Source: an uncultured delta proteobacterium
GTDB taxonomy: Bacteria; Myxococcota_A; Polyangia; Polyangiales; Polyangiaceae
Direction: 5' to 3'
DNA: 64,000 bases
Assembly: GCA_963716725.1 (NCBI GenBank)
Contig: CAVQUB010000010.1
Location: 1 to 64,000, forward strand
Part shown: one piece after another, positions 38,359 through 48,636 of the stretch
Layout of the letters: each line of letters starts with the position of its first letter
Numbering within the stretch: the first letter of the stretch is position 1
Program-made: the position numbers and the translations under genes
Notes under the pieces: generated by a model
What the model was told of the DNA's origin: nothing
The model's input: the letters and a program-made list of their open reading frames with translations, nothing else
Database searches by the model: none

Positions 38359-38976
38359 ATGCAGAGCAGCGCTGTGGCCCAAGCGTCGGACGTGTACTTC
38401 TCGGCGGACGTCGAGACGGACGGACCGATCCCCGGCCCCTTCTCGATGCTTTCGTTCGCATTGGTCTTGGCAGGGACTTTCGACGGCCGGGCGTTCTCTC
38501 GCGCGACGCAAGCCGCGCACTTCTACAAAGAATTGAAGCCGATCAGCGATGAGTTCGAGGAGGAAGCGCTCGCGGTGAATCGGCTCGACCGCAACCGCCT
38601 GATCGTGCAGGGCGCGTCGCCGGCCGAGGCGATGTCCGAGGCCGCTCGCTGGGTCCGGCAGGTCGCGGGCAACGGCACACCTGTACTAGTGGCGTATCCG
38701 CTCGCGTTCGATTGGACGTGGCTCTACTGGTACTTCGTCCGATTCTCGGAATCGGGGTCACCGTTCAATCATTCGCGCTGCTACGACCTGAAGACGGCGT
38801 TCGCTGTCAAAGGGGGTCGCCTGGTGTCTCGGGCAGGGCGTGACGAGCTGCCAGAAGAGCTGCGGTCTTCGGTCGCGCATACGCACCACGCCCTAGAGGA
38901 TGCGCAAGAACAGGCCGATATCTTCGCGAAGATCTTCGAGTGGGGCGGGGATGAACACAGACGAGTTTCTGGCTGA
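38359..38976 (+). CDS. DEDDh 3'-5' exonuclease (DnaQ-like)
   Basis: ExoI SADVETDGP, ExoII AFDW, ExoIII HHALEDA. Confidence 0.88.
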   Translation: MQSSAVAQASDVYFSADVETDGPIPGPFSMLSFALVLAGTFDGRAFSRATQAAHFYKELKPISDEFEEEALAVNRLDRNRLIVQGASPAEAMSEAARWVRQVAGNGTPVLVAYPLAFDWTWLYWYFVRFSESGSPFNHSRCYDLKTAFAVKGGRLVSRAGRDELPEELRSSVAHTHHALEDAQEQADIFAKIFEWGGDEHRRVSG

Positions 38977-40006
38977 ACGGCGCAAGAAATCCGACGAACG
39001 GCTGGCGAAGTTTCGAGCCGTTTTGCGCAGCGAAATTCCTCCCAAAGAACGGAAGGAAGTCCTCGGGGATCACACCTGCATCTACGCGGTCGGCTCCGGA
39101 GGCCGGGGCGAGCTTTCCAAGCGGAGCGACCTCGACGTCTTTCTGGTCACGACCGGGGAGGTGAAGCGCATCAACGAAGTGCGCTTGCAAACGGCCATGC
39201 TGCGGGCCATGCGCAAGGTGAAGTTCCCTGACCCGTCGAACGACGCCAGCTTCGTGAGATTGCACGCGGCGCAAACGCTGATCGAACGCCTCGGCGAGCC
39301 TGCGGACGACGCCGAAAATACCTTCACCGTTCGGATGTTGTTGCTCCTCGAGAGCAAAGCGGTCGCGGGCAATGAAGTGCACTCGGCCCTGCTCGACCGC
39401 GCGCTGGAAGCTTATTGGAAGAACGCAGAGGGTCACGAGACCGACTATCTGCCCATCATTCTTCTGAATGACATCATCCGTTATTGGCGGATCTTGCTGT
39501 TGAACTACGAATCGAAGACGGCGAGCAAGGAGCGGGAGTTGGCGCGGGACTCCGCGTCGTCGAAGCGGATCCCGCAGGCTCGCCTTCAGGCCGACCGCTG
39601 GTTGCGGAGCTACAAGCTCCGGTTCAGTCGATGCCTCATGTGCTATTCGAGCGTGTGCTACCTGCTCGCATGCGCCCACCGGAGCAGCGCCCGCACCGGC
39701 ACCGCTTGTGTGACAATGGCTGATGTCCGCAGAATGGTGCGGCTCGTCCCCCTCGAACGCCTCGCTCAAGCGTTGAGGTGGACACGCGGCATTGACGGTA
39801 CGGGCGAAATCGGAGCCCGCCTTCGGACGTTGTACGCGCGATTCCTCAAAACGGGGGAGCGAGAGAAGGAGGCGCTGCTCGAGGCGTTTGCCCCGCCCAA
39901 GAAGGGCGAACACATGCGTGCGGCGGAGGAATTTGGTCAACAGATGTACGAGCTTGTCGAGTTGATCGGTCAGGGCAACCCGCTCCACCGCTACGTCGTG
40001 GTCTAG
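38951..40006 (+). CDS. Pol-beta superfamily nucleotidyltransferase, HalB-like candidate
   Basis: GSGGRGE....SDLD signature; RMLLLLES, LNDIIRYWR, KLRFSR; ends HRYVVV*; overlaps the exonuclease gene by 26 bp. Confidence 0.85.
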   Translation: MNTDEFLAERRKKSDERLAKFRAVLRSEIPPKERKEVLGDHTCIYAVGSGGRGELSKRSDLDVFLVTTGEVKRINEVRLQTAMLRAMRKVKFPDPSNDASFVRLHAAQTLIERLGEPADDAENTFTVRMLLLLESKAVAGNEVHSALLDRALEAYWKNAEGHETDYLPIILLNDIIRYWRILLLNYESKTASKERELARDSASSKRIPQARLQADRWLRSYKLRFSRCLMCYSSVCYLLACAHRSSARTGTACVTMADVRRMVRLVPLERLAQALRWTRGIDGTGEIGARLRTLYARFLKTGEREKEALLEAFAPPKKGEHMRAAEEFGQQMYELVELIGQGNPLHRYVVV

Positions 40007-40015
40007 GACGCGCCG

Positions 40016-42112
40016 ATGGCCGACGGCTGGCTTCTCACCATCAAACCGAGCTTTCTGCACGAGCTCGTGGCGCTCCCGGCGAAGGAGGGGGCGCAGGTTC
40101 AGAAGAAGCTCGAGCTGCTCACTGCGGATCCGCGTCCCGACGCGAAGGTCAAAAAGCAGCTGAAGCACATGGACGGGCGCCTCCATCGGATCCGCTCCGG
40201 TGACTACCGGATTCTCTACACCTTCGATGACCGCTATGTCAGCGTGCTCGCGCTGCGCAAACGTGATGAGCAGACCTACGCGGCGACACCCGAGGCAGAG
40301 TCTCTCGGTGCGGGCGATGTCTCCGGGATACACGACTCGCCGGCAGCGGCGGCGAACGTCGACGCTTGGCTCGAAGCCAATCCGCATCCAAAGCCGAAGG
40401 CACTGCCTCGACTCATCACCGGCGAGCTGCTCGAAGCGCTTCGTGTCCCCGCCGAGCATCACGCGCGCTTGCTGGCGATCCGCACCGAGGACGAGCTTCT
40501 CGACTGCGCCGAAGTCCCGGAGAAAATCCTAGAAAGGGTGCTCGACGGCGTGGTCGACCGGCCGCTCGATGACGTGGCGCGCCAGCCCGACCTCGTCATC
40601 GAGAGCACCGACGACTTGCTTCGCTACCGGCAGGGCGAGCTAATTGGTTTCTTGCTGCGCCTGAACCCCGAGCAAGAAAAGTTCGTCACGTGGTCGATTA
40701 GCGCGCGTGGCCCGACATTGTTGAAGGGCGGGCCTGGGACCGGTAAGAGCACGGTCGCATTGCACCGCGTGCGCGTCGTGCTGGATGCCCTGCGCGAGAC
40801 CGGCGTGGAGCAGCCGAGGATTCTGTTCACGACCTACACCAACGCCTTGGTGCGCTACTCGGAGCAGTTGCTTCGCTCGCTTTTGGGCGAAGATGTTGCG
40901 TGCGTCGAGGTCCGGACGGCCGACAGTGTCGCCATCGGCATCGCGCGGCGTGCAGGGGAAGAGCCACATTTGCTCGATGGCGGCGACCTTCGCAGCCTCG
41001 CGGAGCGCGCGCTGCGCGAGGTCAAGTTCGAAGGCAATGCCCTGGCTCAGAGGGCTCAGCGCGCGACGCTCGATCGCCTCGGCGTCGACTACGTTCTGGA
41101 AGAGATGCTCGACCTGATTGATGGTCGGGGCCTGCGCTCACTGGACGAGTACCTCGCCGCGCCACGCCCGGGCCGCGAGATGCCGCTCAATCGTACTCAG
41201 CGCGAGGCGGTTTGGCGCACGCATGCCAAGCTGCACGAGCTCATCGATGCGTCCCGCCGGACCACTTGGGCGGACGTGCGCTTGGCGGCGCTCAGCGCGC
41301 TGACCGACGGCCGGGTCAACGACCCATACGACGCAGTGCTGGTCGACGAGGCGCAGGATCTCTCCCCGTCCGCACTCGAAATCCTGGTGCGCTCGTGCCG
41401 CGAGCCGAATCGGCTGTTCCTCACCGCTGACGCGAATCAGTCCATCTATGGGGCGGGCTTTCGCTGGTCGGACGTGCACGAGTGGCTGAAGTTCCAAGGC
41501 CGCACCGGCGTGCTTCGGGCGAACCATCGGAGCACGCGCGAGATTGGTGAGGCTGCGGAATCCTTCCTGGCCGCCGGCGCGCTCGACGCGGAGCGGCAGG
41601 AGCCGGCGTACGTTCACTCGGGCCCTTTGCCGGCGGTCCGGGCGGTGGCGAGTGCCTACGACGAGGTCCAGCTCGTCGCGCGGTTTTTCCGCGGCGCGGT
41701 GCGAGACTTGCGCCTCGGGCTGTCGGCCTGCGCTGTCCTCTGCCCGACGAATACTGCCGCGCAGCGCGTGGCGGCCGAGCTAAATGGTCTCGGCATCGCG
41801 GCCCGCTTCATGTCGGCGAAAGAACTGGACGTTGGTGCTGCCGAGGTGAAGACGCTCACCTTGAAGTCCGCCAAAGGCCTCGAGTTCCCGGTCGTCGCGC
41901 TGGCCGGGTTTCTCGATGCGCCGTTTCCGCTCGTGCCTAAAGGCGCGACGGATGAGGCGCGCAAGGAAGTGGAAGAGCGCGAACGGCGGACGCTCTACGT
42001 TGCCATGAGCCGAGCGATGCGCGCGCTCTTGGTCGTCGAGCCCGACGAGCAGAGGTGCGGCCTGCTCGCGGGCTTTGACTCGAACCGATGGAATTTGGGA
42101 GTGGCTTCATGA
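40016..42112 (+). CDS. RelE/ParE-like domain fused to a UvrD-type SF1 helicase
   Basis: N-terminal KQLK...LHRIRSGDYRILY; GGPGTGKS, LVDEAQD, DANQSIY, NHRS, KSAKGLEF, LYVAMSRA. Confidence 0.88.
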   Translation: MADGWLLTIKPSFLHELVALPAKEGAQVQKKLELLTADPRPDAKVKKQLKHMDGRLHRIRSGDYRILYTFDDRYVSVLALRKRDEQTYAATPEAESLGAGDVSGIHDSPAAAANVDAWLEANPHPKPKALPRLITGELLEALRVPAEHHARLLAIRTEDELLDCAEVPEKILERVLDGVVDRPLDDVARQPDLVIESTDDLLRYRQGELIGFLLRLNPEQEKFVTWSISARGPTLLKGGPGTGKSTVALHRVRVVLDALRETGVEQPRILFTTYTNALVRYSEQLLRSLLGEDVACVEVRTADSVAIGIARRAGEEPHLLDGGDLRSLAERALREVKFEGNALAQRAQRATLDRLGVDYVLEEMLDLIDGRGLRSLDEYLAAPRPGREMPLNRTQREAVWRTHAKLHELIDASRRTTWADVRLAALSALTDGRVNDPYDAVLVDEAQDLSPSALEILVRSCREPNRLFLTADANQSIYGAGFRWSDVHEWLKFQGRTGVLRANHRSTREIGEAAESFLAAGALDAERQEPAYVHSGPLPAVRAVASAYDEVQLVARFFRGAVRDLRLGLSACAVLCPTNTAAQRVAAELNGLGIAARFMSAKELDVGAAEVKTLTLKSAKGLEFPVVALAGFLDAPFPLVPKGATDEARKEVEERERRTLYVAMSRAMRALLVVEPDEQRCGLLAGFDSNRWNLGVAS

Positions 42113-45100
42113 GTGAGAGTCCTGAGCGTATCGTCCTGTCGGGCGAGCTGACTGACGTAGGCTACGCCGAGCAGCTATCGGCGAGACTTCGTGCCGGCGC
42201 GTGCGAACTCGATTGGAGCGCAGTTACGCGGGTGACCGATCAGTTCGCGGATGCGCTCGTCACAGGACTCCGTGTCGACGACGTAGCGGACTCCATCGGC
42301 ACGAGCACGATGCGCGATGACCTTTCCGAGGTTCTGGGCGCCGCGTTCGAGCGAGCGCCTCACAGCCGAAGCCCCGGTGCCAGGGCTCGAACGAAGACGG
42401 CCAAGGACGATTCGGTTGCCGTCTGGTCCGCGCCGGCAGAAGCGGAGCCGCCTCCGAGCAGATCGCCGTCGTCTCCGGCTTCACGCCGGTCGCCGCGCCG
42501 CGCGCCGGTCCTCGTCACCGACGTTCCGTCTCCGGAAAAGTTGCGTGCGATGCTCGAGGAGCGTGTCGTCGCCGATCTCATGGGTCCAGCGGGTGGCCCA
42601 GACGAGGAGATCGTCGAGGGCAGCGTTCGCGACCGCTACTTGGTGGGCATGCTGGCGCCGCGGCGGGTGCGCATTGAACCGGAAGAAGTCGACGGCGTGG
42701 AAGCGGAGGAAGGCGCCGGGACCGACGACGGCGCCGGAGACTCGGGCACGATTTCTACGCCGACGATGTTTCCTTCGGCGGTTGGCTTGAGCTTCGTTGT
42801 TGGTGCCGACGCGCCCCCGCTGAAGGTCACGGCGCGTTGGGGTCGTTACCAGCGCCTTCCGAGTGAATCCGTGACCACCGAAACGGGAAAACCGCGACTC
42901 GTGTGGAAGCGCAACTCGATCGCAGCGGAGGTCGTCATTGAGGGCCTTCGCGAGGGCGCGTTGGGGCCGTTCCGAGTTGGCGGCGATCCCGACGACGTCG
43001 AAGCGCCAGCGCAGGTGCGAGGCATTGTCCGGCGGATCGGCGACGGGTTCGTCATCAGTCTCTTCCTGGTGAACAACCAGGACGAGCCCGAGGAGCGTCG
43101 CGACGCAGCATGGCTGTTTCAGCCGGAACTCAGCGTGGCCGCAATGGACGGGAGTGCGGTCTTTCTGTCACGGGCATTGGGCCAGTCCCCATCCACTGAG
43201 CTGGAGCCGCTCGCGGAGGACCGGCCGCTGGCGATGCTCTATCGCGATCGGCGTGAGCTCGCCGTCGGTCATGGCGCTGGCGTTCACGTCGACGCGGATC
43301 CGGCCGACCCACGCCGCGGTGTTCGCGTGGCGACCCGCGTGGTGCCCGCATCCGACGTGCTCCAACAGACGCCGCCGACCGTCGCAGAGGAGCCGCTCCT
43401 GGCCCAGATCGCGCACGACATGAAGGTGCTCGCGGACGCTACGCCTGCGGAGTTGATCGAACGGTTGCGAGAACTGCCGGATGCTTACGCGGCTTGGATT
43501 GCGGAGCAGCGCAAGCGCATCGGCGACCAGGCCTCGCGCTTGGAGGGGTTTGAAGGCGAGGCCAACGCGGCCCTCGATCAATGTGAGGCGACGCTGCTGC
43601 GGATGAGAGAAGGGCTCCACACGCTCGAGAACGATTCAAGAGCCAACGAGGCGTTCCGCTTCGCGAATCGGACGATGTGGCTTCAGCGCGTCCATACCGT
43701 GCTGGCTGAAGAGCGACGCCGAGGCAAGGACACGAAGCTCGTGGACGTCGACGTCCCCGAGAACCGTACCTGGCGTACCTTTCAGCTCGCGTTCATCCTC
43801 GTGAGCCTCGCGAGCGTAACGCGCCTCGATCACCCCGATCGCAATCACGCCACCGACGCCATCGCGGATCTGCTGTGGTTCCCCACCGGTGGCGGAAAGA
43901 CGGAGGCGTACCTCGGCCTGGCCGCGTACACGCTCGGGCTCCGGCGCCTTCAAGGCACCATCGAGGGAAGGTCGAGCGAGCACGGTGTGGCGGTCCTCAT
44001 GCGCTACACGCTGCGACTGCTGACCCTGCAGCAGTTCCAACGTGCCGCCGCGCTCATCTGCGCCTGCGAGTTACTCCGCTCGGAAGCCGAGCAGAGCGGT
44101 AACCCGATTTGGGGGCGCGAGCCGTTTCGAATCGGCCTTTGGGTCGGCGCGCGCAGCACACCCAACAAGACCGAGCACGCCGCCGAGGTGCTCAAACGCA
44201 CCCGCGATATTGGCTTCCGCCAAGGCAGCCGTGTGGGCGGCATGGGATCGCCCGTGCAGCTCAAGTCCTGCCCCTGGTGCGGGTCGGTGATCGAGCCTGG
44301 GCGCCACATGCGGGTCGAGTCCTTCGCCAGCGGCGCCGGGCGCACACTCATCTATTGCGGTGATCGGCTCGGAACGTGTCCCTTCTCACAGCGTCAGGCG
44401 CCCACCGAGGGACTGCCCGTGTTGGTCGTGGACGAAGAGATTTATCGTCGGCTTCCGTCGCTTCTCATTGCGACCGTAGACAAGTTCGCGCAGATGCCAT
44501 GGAACGGCGCGGTTCAGATGCTCTTCGGCCGCGTTCAGAGCCATTGCGACCGGCACGGGTTTGCGGCGCCCGAGTTGCGCGACACCGATCACAAGCGGCG
44601 TGGCGCCTTTCCCGCGACCAAGCTTCGCGATCACGATCCAGTCCGCCCGCCGGATTTGATCATTCAAGACGAGCTGCACCTAATCAGCGGGCCGCTCGGC
44701 ACGCTCACCGGACTGTACGAGGCCGCAGTGGACGCGCTGTGCGCCTGGACGGTGAATGGGCAAGTGGTGCGACCCAAAGTGATCGCTTCGACGGCGACGA
44801 TCCGGCGCGCGCGTCAGCAGATCCACGCCCTGTTTTTGCGCAAGGTCGAGGTCTTTCCACCACAGGGCCTCGACGCAGGAGACAACTTCTTCGCGCGACA
44901 GCGCCCGATCACGGAGCTAGCCGGGCGCCGCTACATCGGCATCTGCGCGCCGGGACGAAGGCTGAAGGCCGTCATCATGCGCGTCTACGTTGCATTATTG
45001 GCGGCGGCCGAGAGCCTCTACCAAACGTATGGCAAGCACGCTGATCCGTGGATGACCCTGGTGGGCTACTTCAGCTCGCTACGCGAGCTCGCCGGCACGC

Positions 45101-45990
45101 GGCGCCTCGTCGACGATGACATCTCGAACCGCGTGAAGAAGATGGATCGGCGCGGCCTCGCCAGCCGATACCTTTGGAGCCCGGAAGAGCTCACGTCGCG
45201 GCTCGACTCGACACAAATCCCCGAGCTGCTCGATCGCCTGGAAATCCCCTTCGATCCTGCCGAAGAAGACGACCGCAGTCGGCGCCGCCCGATCGACGTC
45301 CTATTGGCGACCAACATGGTTTCGGTCGGCGTCGACGTGCAGCGGCTCGGGTTGATGGTCGTGTCGGCCAGCCCAAGAACACCGCCGAGTACATCCAGGC
45401 CACGAGCCGCGTCGGCCGAGCGGCACCGGGCCTCGTCTGCACGATCTTCAACTGGGCACGGCCGCGCGACCTCTCGCACTACGAGACTTTCGAGCACTAC
45501 CACGAGACCTTCTACAACCAAGTCGAAGCGCTGATCGGTCACCCCGTTCGCCGCGCGCGCGCTCGACCGCGGTCTGAGCGCCGTGCTGGTATCACTCCTC
45601 CGCCTCACGCACGATCGACTCAATCCCAATGAGGCCGCCGCGCGCCTGACTCGTGACGACTCGCTCGTGAATGCCGCGCTCGACGCCATCGTGGCCCGTG
45701 CCGCGCGGGTAGAAAACAGCCAGGAGGTCGGCGAAGCGGTGCGTCGGTTGCTCGAGCGGCGTCTGGATGAATGGCTGGCCGATGCCGAGCCCAGGCCCGG
45801 CGGCGCCACCTTGTCGTACAAGGCGAAGCGCGACGGGACGTCTCGCCCCTTGCTCAAGCGCTCGGGTGCGGGGCCATGGGAGACGTTTACTTGCTTGAGC
45901 TCCTTGCGGGACGTCGAGCCCAGCGTCGACCTCGTTTTGACCGAGGGTAACCTGGACGACGACACGCGGCCGTTCACGAGGAAGTCGTAA
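42109..45990 (+). CDS. drmA: DISARM helicase DrmA (two compensating frameshifts near 45365 and 45533)
   Basis: RDRYLVGML, LLWFPTGGGKTEAY, IQDELHLISGPLG, ATNMVSVGVDV; QPKNTAEYIQATSRVGR lies in a shifted frame; frame is regained at SVTPF...LRDVE. Confidence 0.88.
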
Positions 45991-47837
45991 TGACGAAGGC
46001 GCGCCTCGGCGAGCTTCGCCCGAGTCAGCTGCTCTACACCTACGGTGTCGGCGCAGTGGTGGACTTGCCGCACCTGTCCGTCATGGTGATGGGCATCGAG
46101 GATTGGGACGTGAACTACACGCGGCCGATCAACGAAGCGCGGCTGCTCGACCAAGTGCAACGGCGGCTCGGTCGTCAGGTCTCGAGCCTCCGGACGCCGC
46201 CGATGCGCGACGACGAGTCGGAAGGGTTCTTTGTGGCCCAGGACGACCACAACGCGGTCGGTGTTCCGGTAGCGTCCTTCCCGCGCTGGCTGCGTTGCCC
46301 AGCCTGTGAACTGCTCGCGCCCATCGGGTCCGGGCTCTTCCGCTTGCGCACTGTTCCTGCTCGGCCGGACCTCGCCAAGTACGTGCATAGCGGTTGCAAC
46401 CGTCGCCGCGAGCCAGCGGTTCTTCCGTCGCGCTTTCTGCTGGCGTGTGAGTCAGGGCATCTCGACGATTTTCCGTGGCATTGGTTCGTACACAGGGGCA
46501 AACCGTCCGACTGTCGCGGTCATCTCGAGTTGCGCGAGCTCGGCGTCTCGGGCGAAGCCGCCGACGTCGAGGTGCGGTGCCGCAACTGCGACGCCACCCG
46601 TCGCATGGTTGACGCCTTCGGGCGCGAAGGCCTCGCCAACCTCCCTGCCTGTCGTGGCCGCCGCCCACAGCTTCGCGACTTCGAGGACGAGCCGTGCGCG
46701 GCAGACCCCCGTACGATCTTGCTCGGCGCCTCGAACAGTTGGTTTCCAGTCACTCTCTCGACCCTGTTCGTCCCGTCTGCCGCGAAGGATGAACTCGGCG
46801 CGCTACTCCAAGAACACGCGACGCGGTTTGCGGGCATCGAAGACGTGGGCACCGTTCGCTATCTCCGGATGCAGGGGCTGATCGGTGCTTTCGCGAAGTA
46901 CACGGACGATCAGATTTGGGCAGGCCTGAATGCGCAGAAGGCCGCGGGCGAGGACGCCTCTGAGCAGGAAGACCTGAAGGAGCCCGAGTGGCGCGTGCTT
47001 TCGCGTCCTGATCCAGAGCTCAACGGCGCGGACTTTCAGCTCAGCGTGGTTCCGGTTCCTCGCAGCTACGCGCACTTCATCGAGAGCGTCGTCCTGGCCG
47101 AGCGCCTCAGGGCGGTTACTGCGCTGATCGGCTTCACGCGCATCGCATCCCCTCGAGACTTCGAGGAAGATGACGAGAGTCGCGGGAGCGTGGTCGCCAA
47201 GCTCGCGCGCGGCGAACCGCAGTTCGTCCCTGCGTCGGAAGTCCGCGGCGAAGGGGTCTTCATCCGCTTCCGCGAAGAGCAGATCGCCGGTTGGGTCGCT
47301 TCCCAGGCAGCCTGGGAAGACCGCTTCCGCGACGCTCATTTCGCCTGGCGGCGCCGTCGTTACATCGATCCGCCAGACGGTGGATTCCCTGGCATCCGGT
47401 TCATCCTGCTTCACTCGTTCGCCCACGCCTTGATGCGCGAGCTCGTGCTCGAGTGCGGCTACGGCGCGGCTAGCGTGCGTGAGCGAATCTACGCGCGCGA
47501 ACCCGAGGGCGACAAGCCGGCTATGGCCGGCGTCCTCATCTACACCGCCGCCCCGGACGCGGAGGGCACGCTGGGCGGCCTGGTCCGATTGGGCACGCCG
47601 GATGAGCTGGAGCGTCACATTCGACGAGCGCTTGAAGCGATGGCGCTCTGCTCTTCGGACCCGCTCTGCGCGGACCACGCCCCCGACGCGGACGGCGCGA
47701 CGCTCCACGGCGCGTCCTGTCACGCCTGTCTGTTCGCGCCGGAGACCTCATGCGAACGCGGCAACAAGTACCTGGACCGCACGACGTTGGTCGCCACCGT
47801 CTGCTCCGGCGAGCACGCATTCTTCTCGGGAAAATGA
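45990..47837 (+). CDS. drmB: DISARM DUF1998 protein DrmB
   Basis: LRPSQLLYTYGVGA, CESGHLDDFPW, LLHSFAHALM, CSSDPLC, CHACLFAPETSCE. Confidence 0.95.
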   Translation: MTKARLGELRPSQLLYTYGVGAVVDLPHLSVMVMGIEDWDVNYTRPINEARLLDQVQRRLGRQVSSLRTPPMRDDESEGFFVAQDDHNAVGVPVASFPRWLRCPACELLAPIGSGLFRLRTVPARPDLAKYVHSGCNRRREPAVLPSRFLLACESGHLDDFPWHWFVHRGKPSDCRGHLELRELGVSGEAADVEVRCRNCDATRRMVDAFGREGLANLPACRGRRPQLRDFEDEPCAADPRTILLGASNSWFPVTLSTLFVPSAAKDELGALLQEHATRFAGIEDVGTVRYLRMQGLIGAFAKYTDDQIWAGLNAQKAAGEDASEQEDLKEPEWRVLSRPDPELNGADFQLSVVPVPRSYAHFIESVVLAERLRAVTALIGFTRIASPRDFEEDDESRGSVVAKLARGEPQFVPASEVRGEGVFIRFREEQIAGWVASQAAWEDRFRDAHFAWRRRRYIDPPDGGFPGIRFILLHSFAHALMRELVLECGYGAASVRERIYAREPEGDKPAMAGVLIYTAAPDAEGTLGGLVRLGTPDELERHIRRALEAMALCSSDPLCADHAPDADGATLHGASCHACLFAPETSCERGNKYLDRTTLVATVCSGEHAFFSGK

Positions 47838-47838
47838 C

Positions 47839-48636
47839 GTGGACGCTCTGCTCGACGCCATTGTGAAGCTCGCTCGGGACCTGCCAAGCGAGACGGTGGA
47901 GGCGTTGGCGGTGGCGGTGTCGCGCGCCCTGGACTCAGCGCAAGCGGGCCGCCTGGCAAGCGCGGTGGTCACGGCGCCGGCGGCTCAGGAGCGCGTGCGA
48001 CGACTGCTCGCACTATGGCTCCCGGGGGTCTCCGGTGCTTCGGTCGCCCTGGCGCTTCGAAGCGCGACCCGAATGGACAGCCACCACCGTGCGCGCCACC
48101 ACGTCGAGCTCGTGTGGACTGGACCGGTTCCTCCGGGCACGAGCTTCCGCCGCTCCGACCAGGTCCTGCTCGAGATGGTCCGCGAGGCGCGGCAACGGAT
48201 CACGATCGTGAGCTTCGCGACCTATCGAGTCCCGACGGTCCACGTCGAGTTGCTCGCGGCGGCGAAGCGCGGTGTCGACGTCTTATTCATCGTCGAGTCT
48301 GGGCGGGAGAGTGATGGGCGCGTGAACATCGACCCCCTGCACGCGCTCGGTCCCGATCTCGGCCCGGCGTCGCGGGTCTACGTCTGGCCGAGGGAGAAGC
48401 GCCCCACGGACGAAAACGGGAACTTCGGCCTACTTCACGCGAAGTGCGCGATCGCCGATGGAAAGCGACTCTTGGTCTCGAGCGCGAATTTCACGGCGGC
48501 GGCGTTGGAGAAGAACATGGAGCTGGGGGTGCTGATCGAGGGCGGGGATGTTCCGGGCGCGGTGGAGGGGCACTGGGAGGGGCTGGCGCGGGATGGGGCA
48601 CTGCGGCTGCTAGAGGGCGGGGTTCGTCATGGATGA
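47839..48636 (+). CDS. drmC: DISARM phospholipase D-like protein DrmC
   Basis: ELVWTGP, LHAKCAIAD (HxK), SSANFT, NMELG; GTG start just after the drmB stop. Confidence 0.92.
   Translation: MDALLDAIVKLARDLPSETVEALAVAVSRALDSAQAGRLASAVVTAPAAQERVRRLLALWLPGVSGASVALALRSATRMDSHHRARHHVELVWTGPVPPGTSFRRSDQVLLEMVREARQRITIVSFATYRVPTVHVELLAAAKRGVDVLFIVESGRESDGRVNIDPLHALGPDLGPASRVYVWPREKRPTDENGNFGLLHAKCAIADGKRLLVSSANFTAAALEKNMELGVLIEGGDVPGAVEGHWEGLARDGALRLLEGGVRHG

Noticed and set aside
38951..40006. CBASS CD-NTase or AbiE/MenT toxin call
   Set aside because: No adjacent Cap effector or Cap2/3, no antitoxin-like HTH partner, and the motifs beyond GS/DxD do not look like those families by eye; not excluded without an HMM search
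40016..42112. Gabija GajB or housekeeping UvrD/Rep
   Set aside because: No OLD-family gajA neighbour; has an N-terminal RelE-like domain
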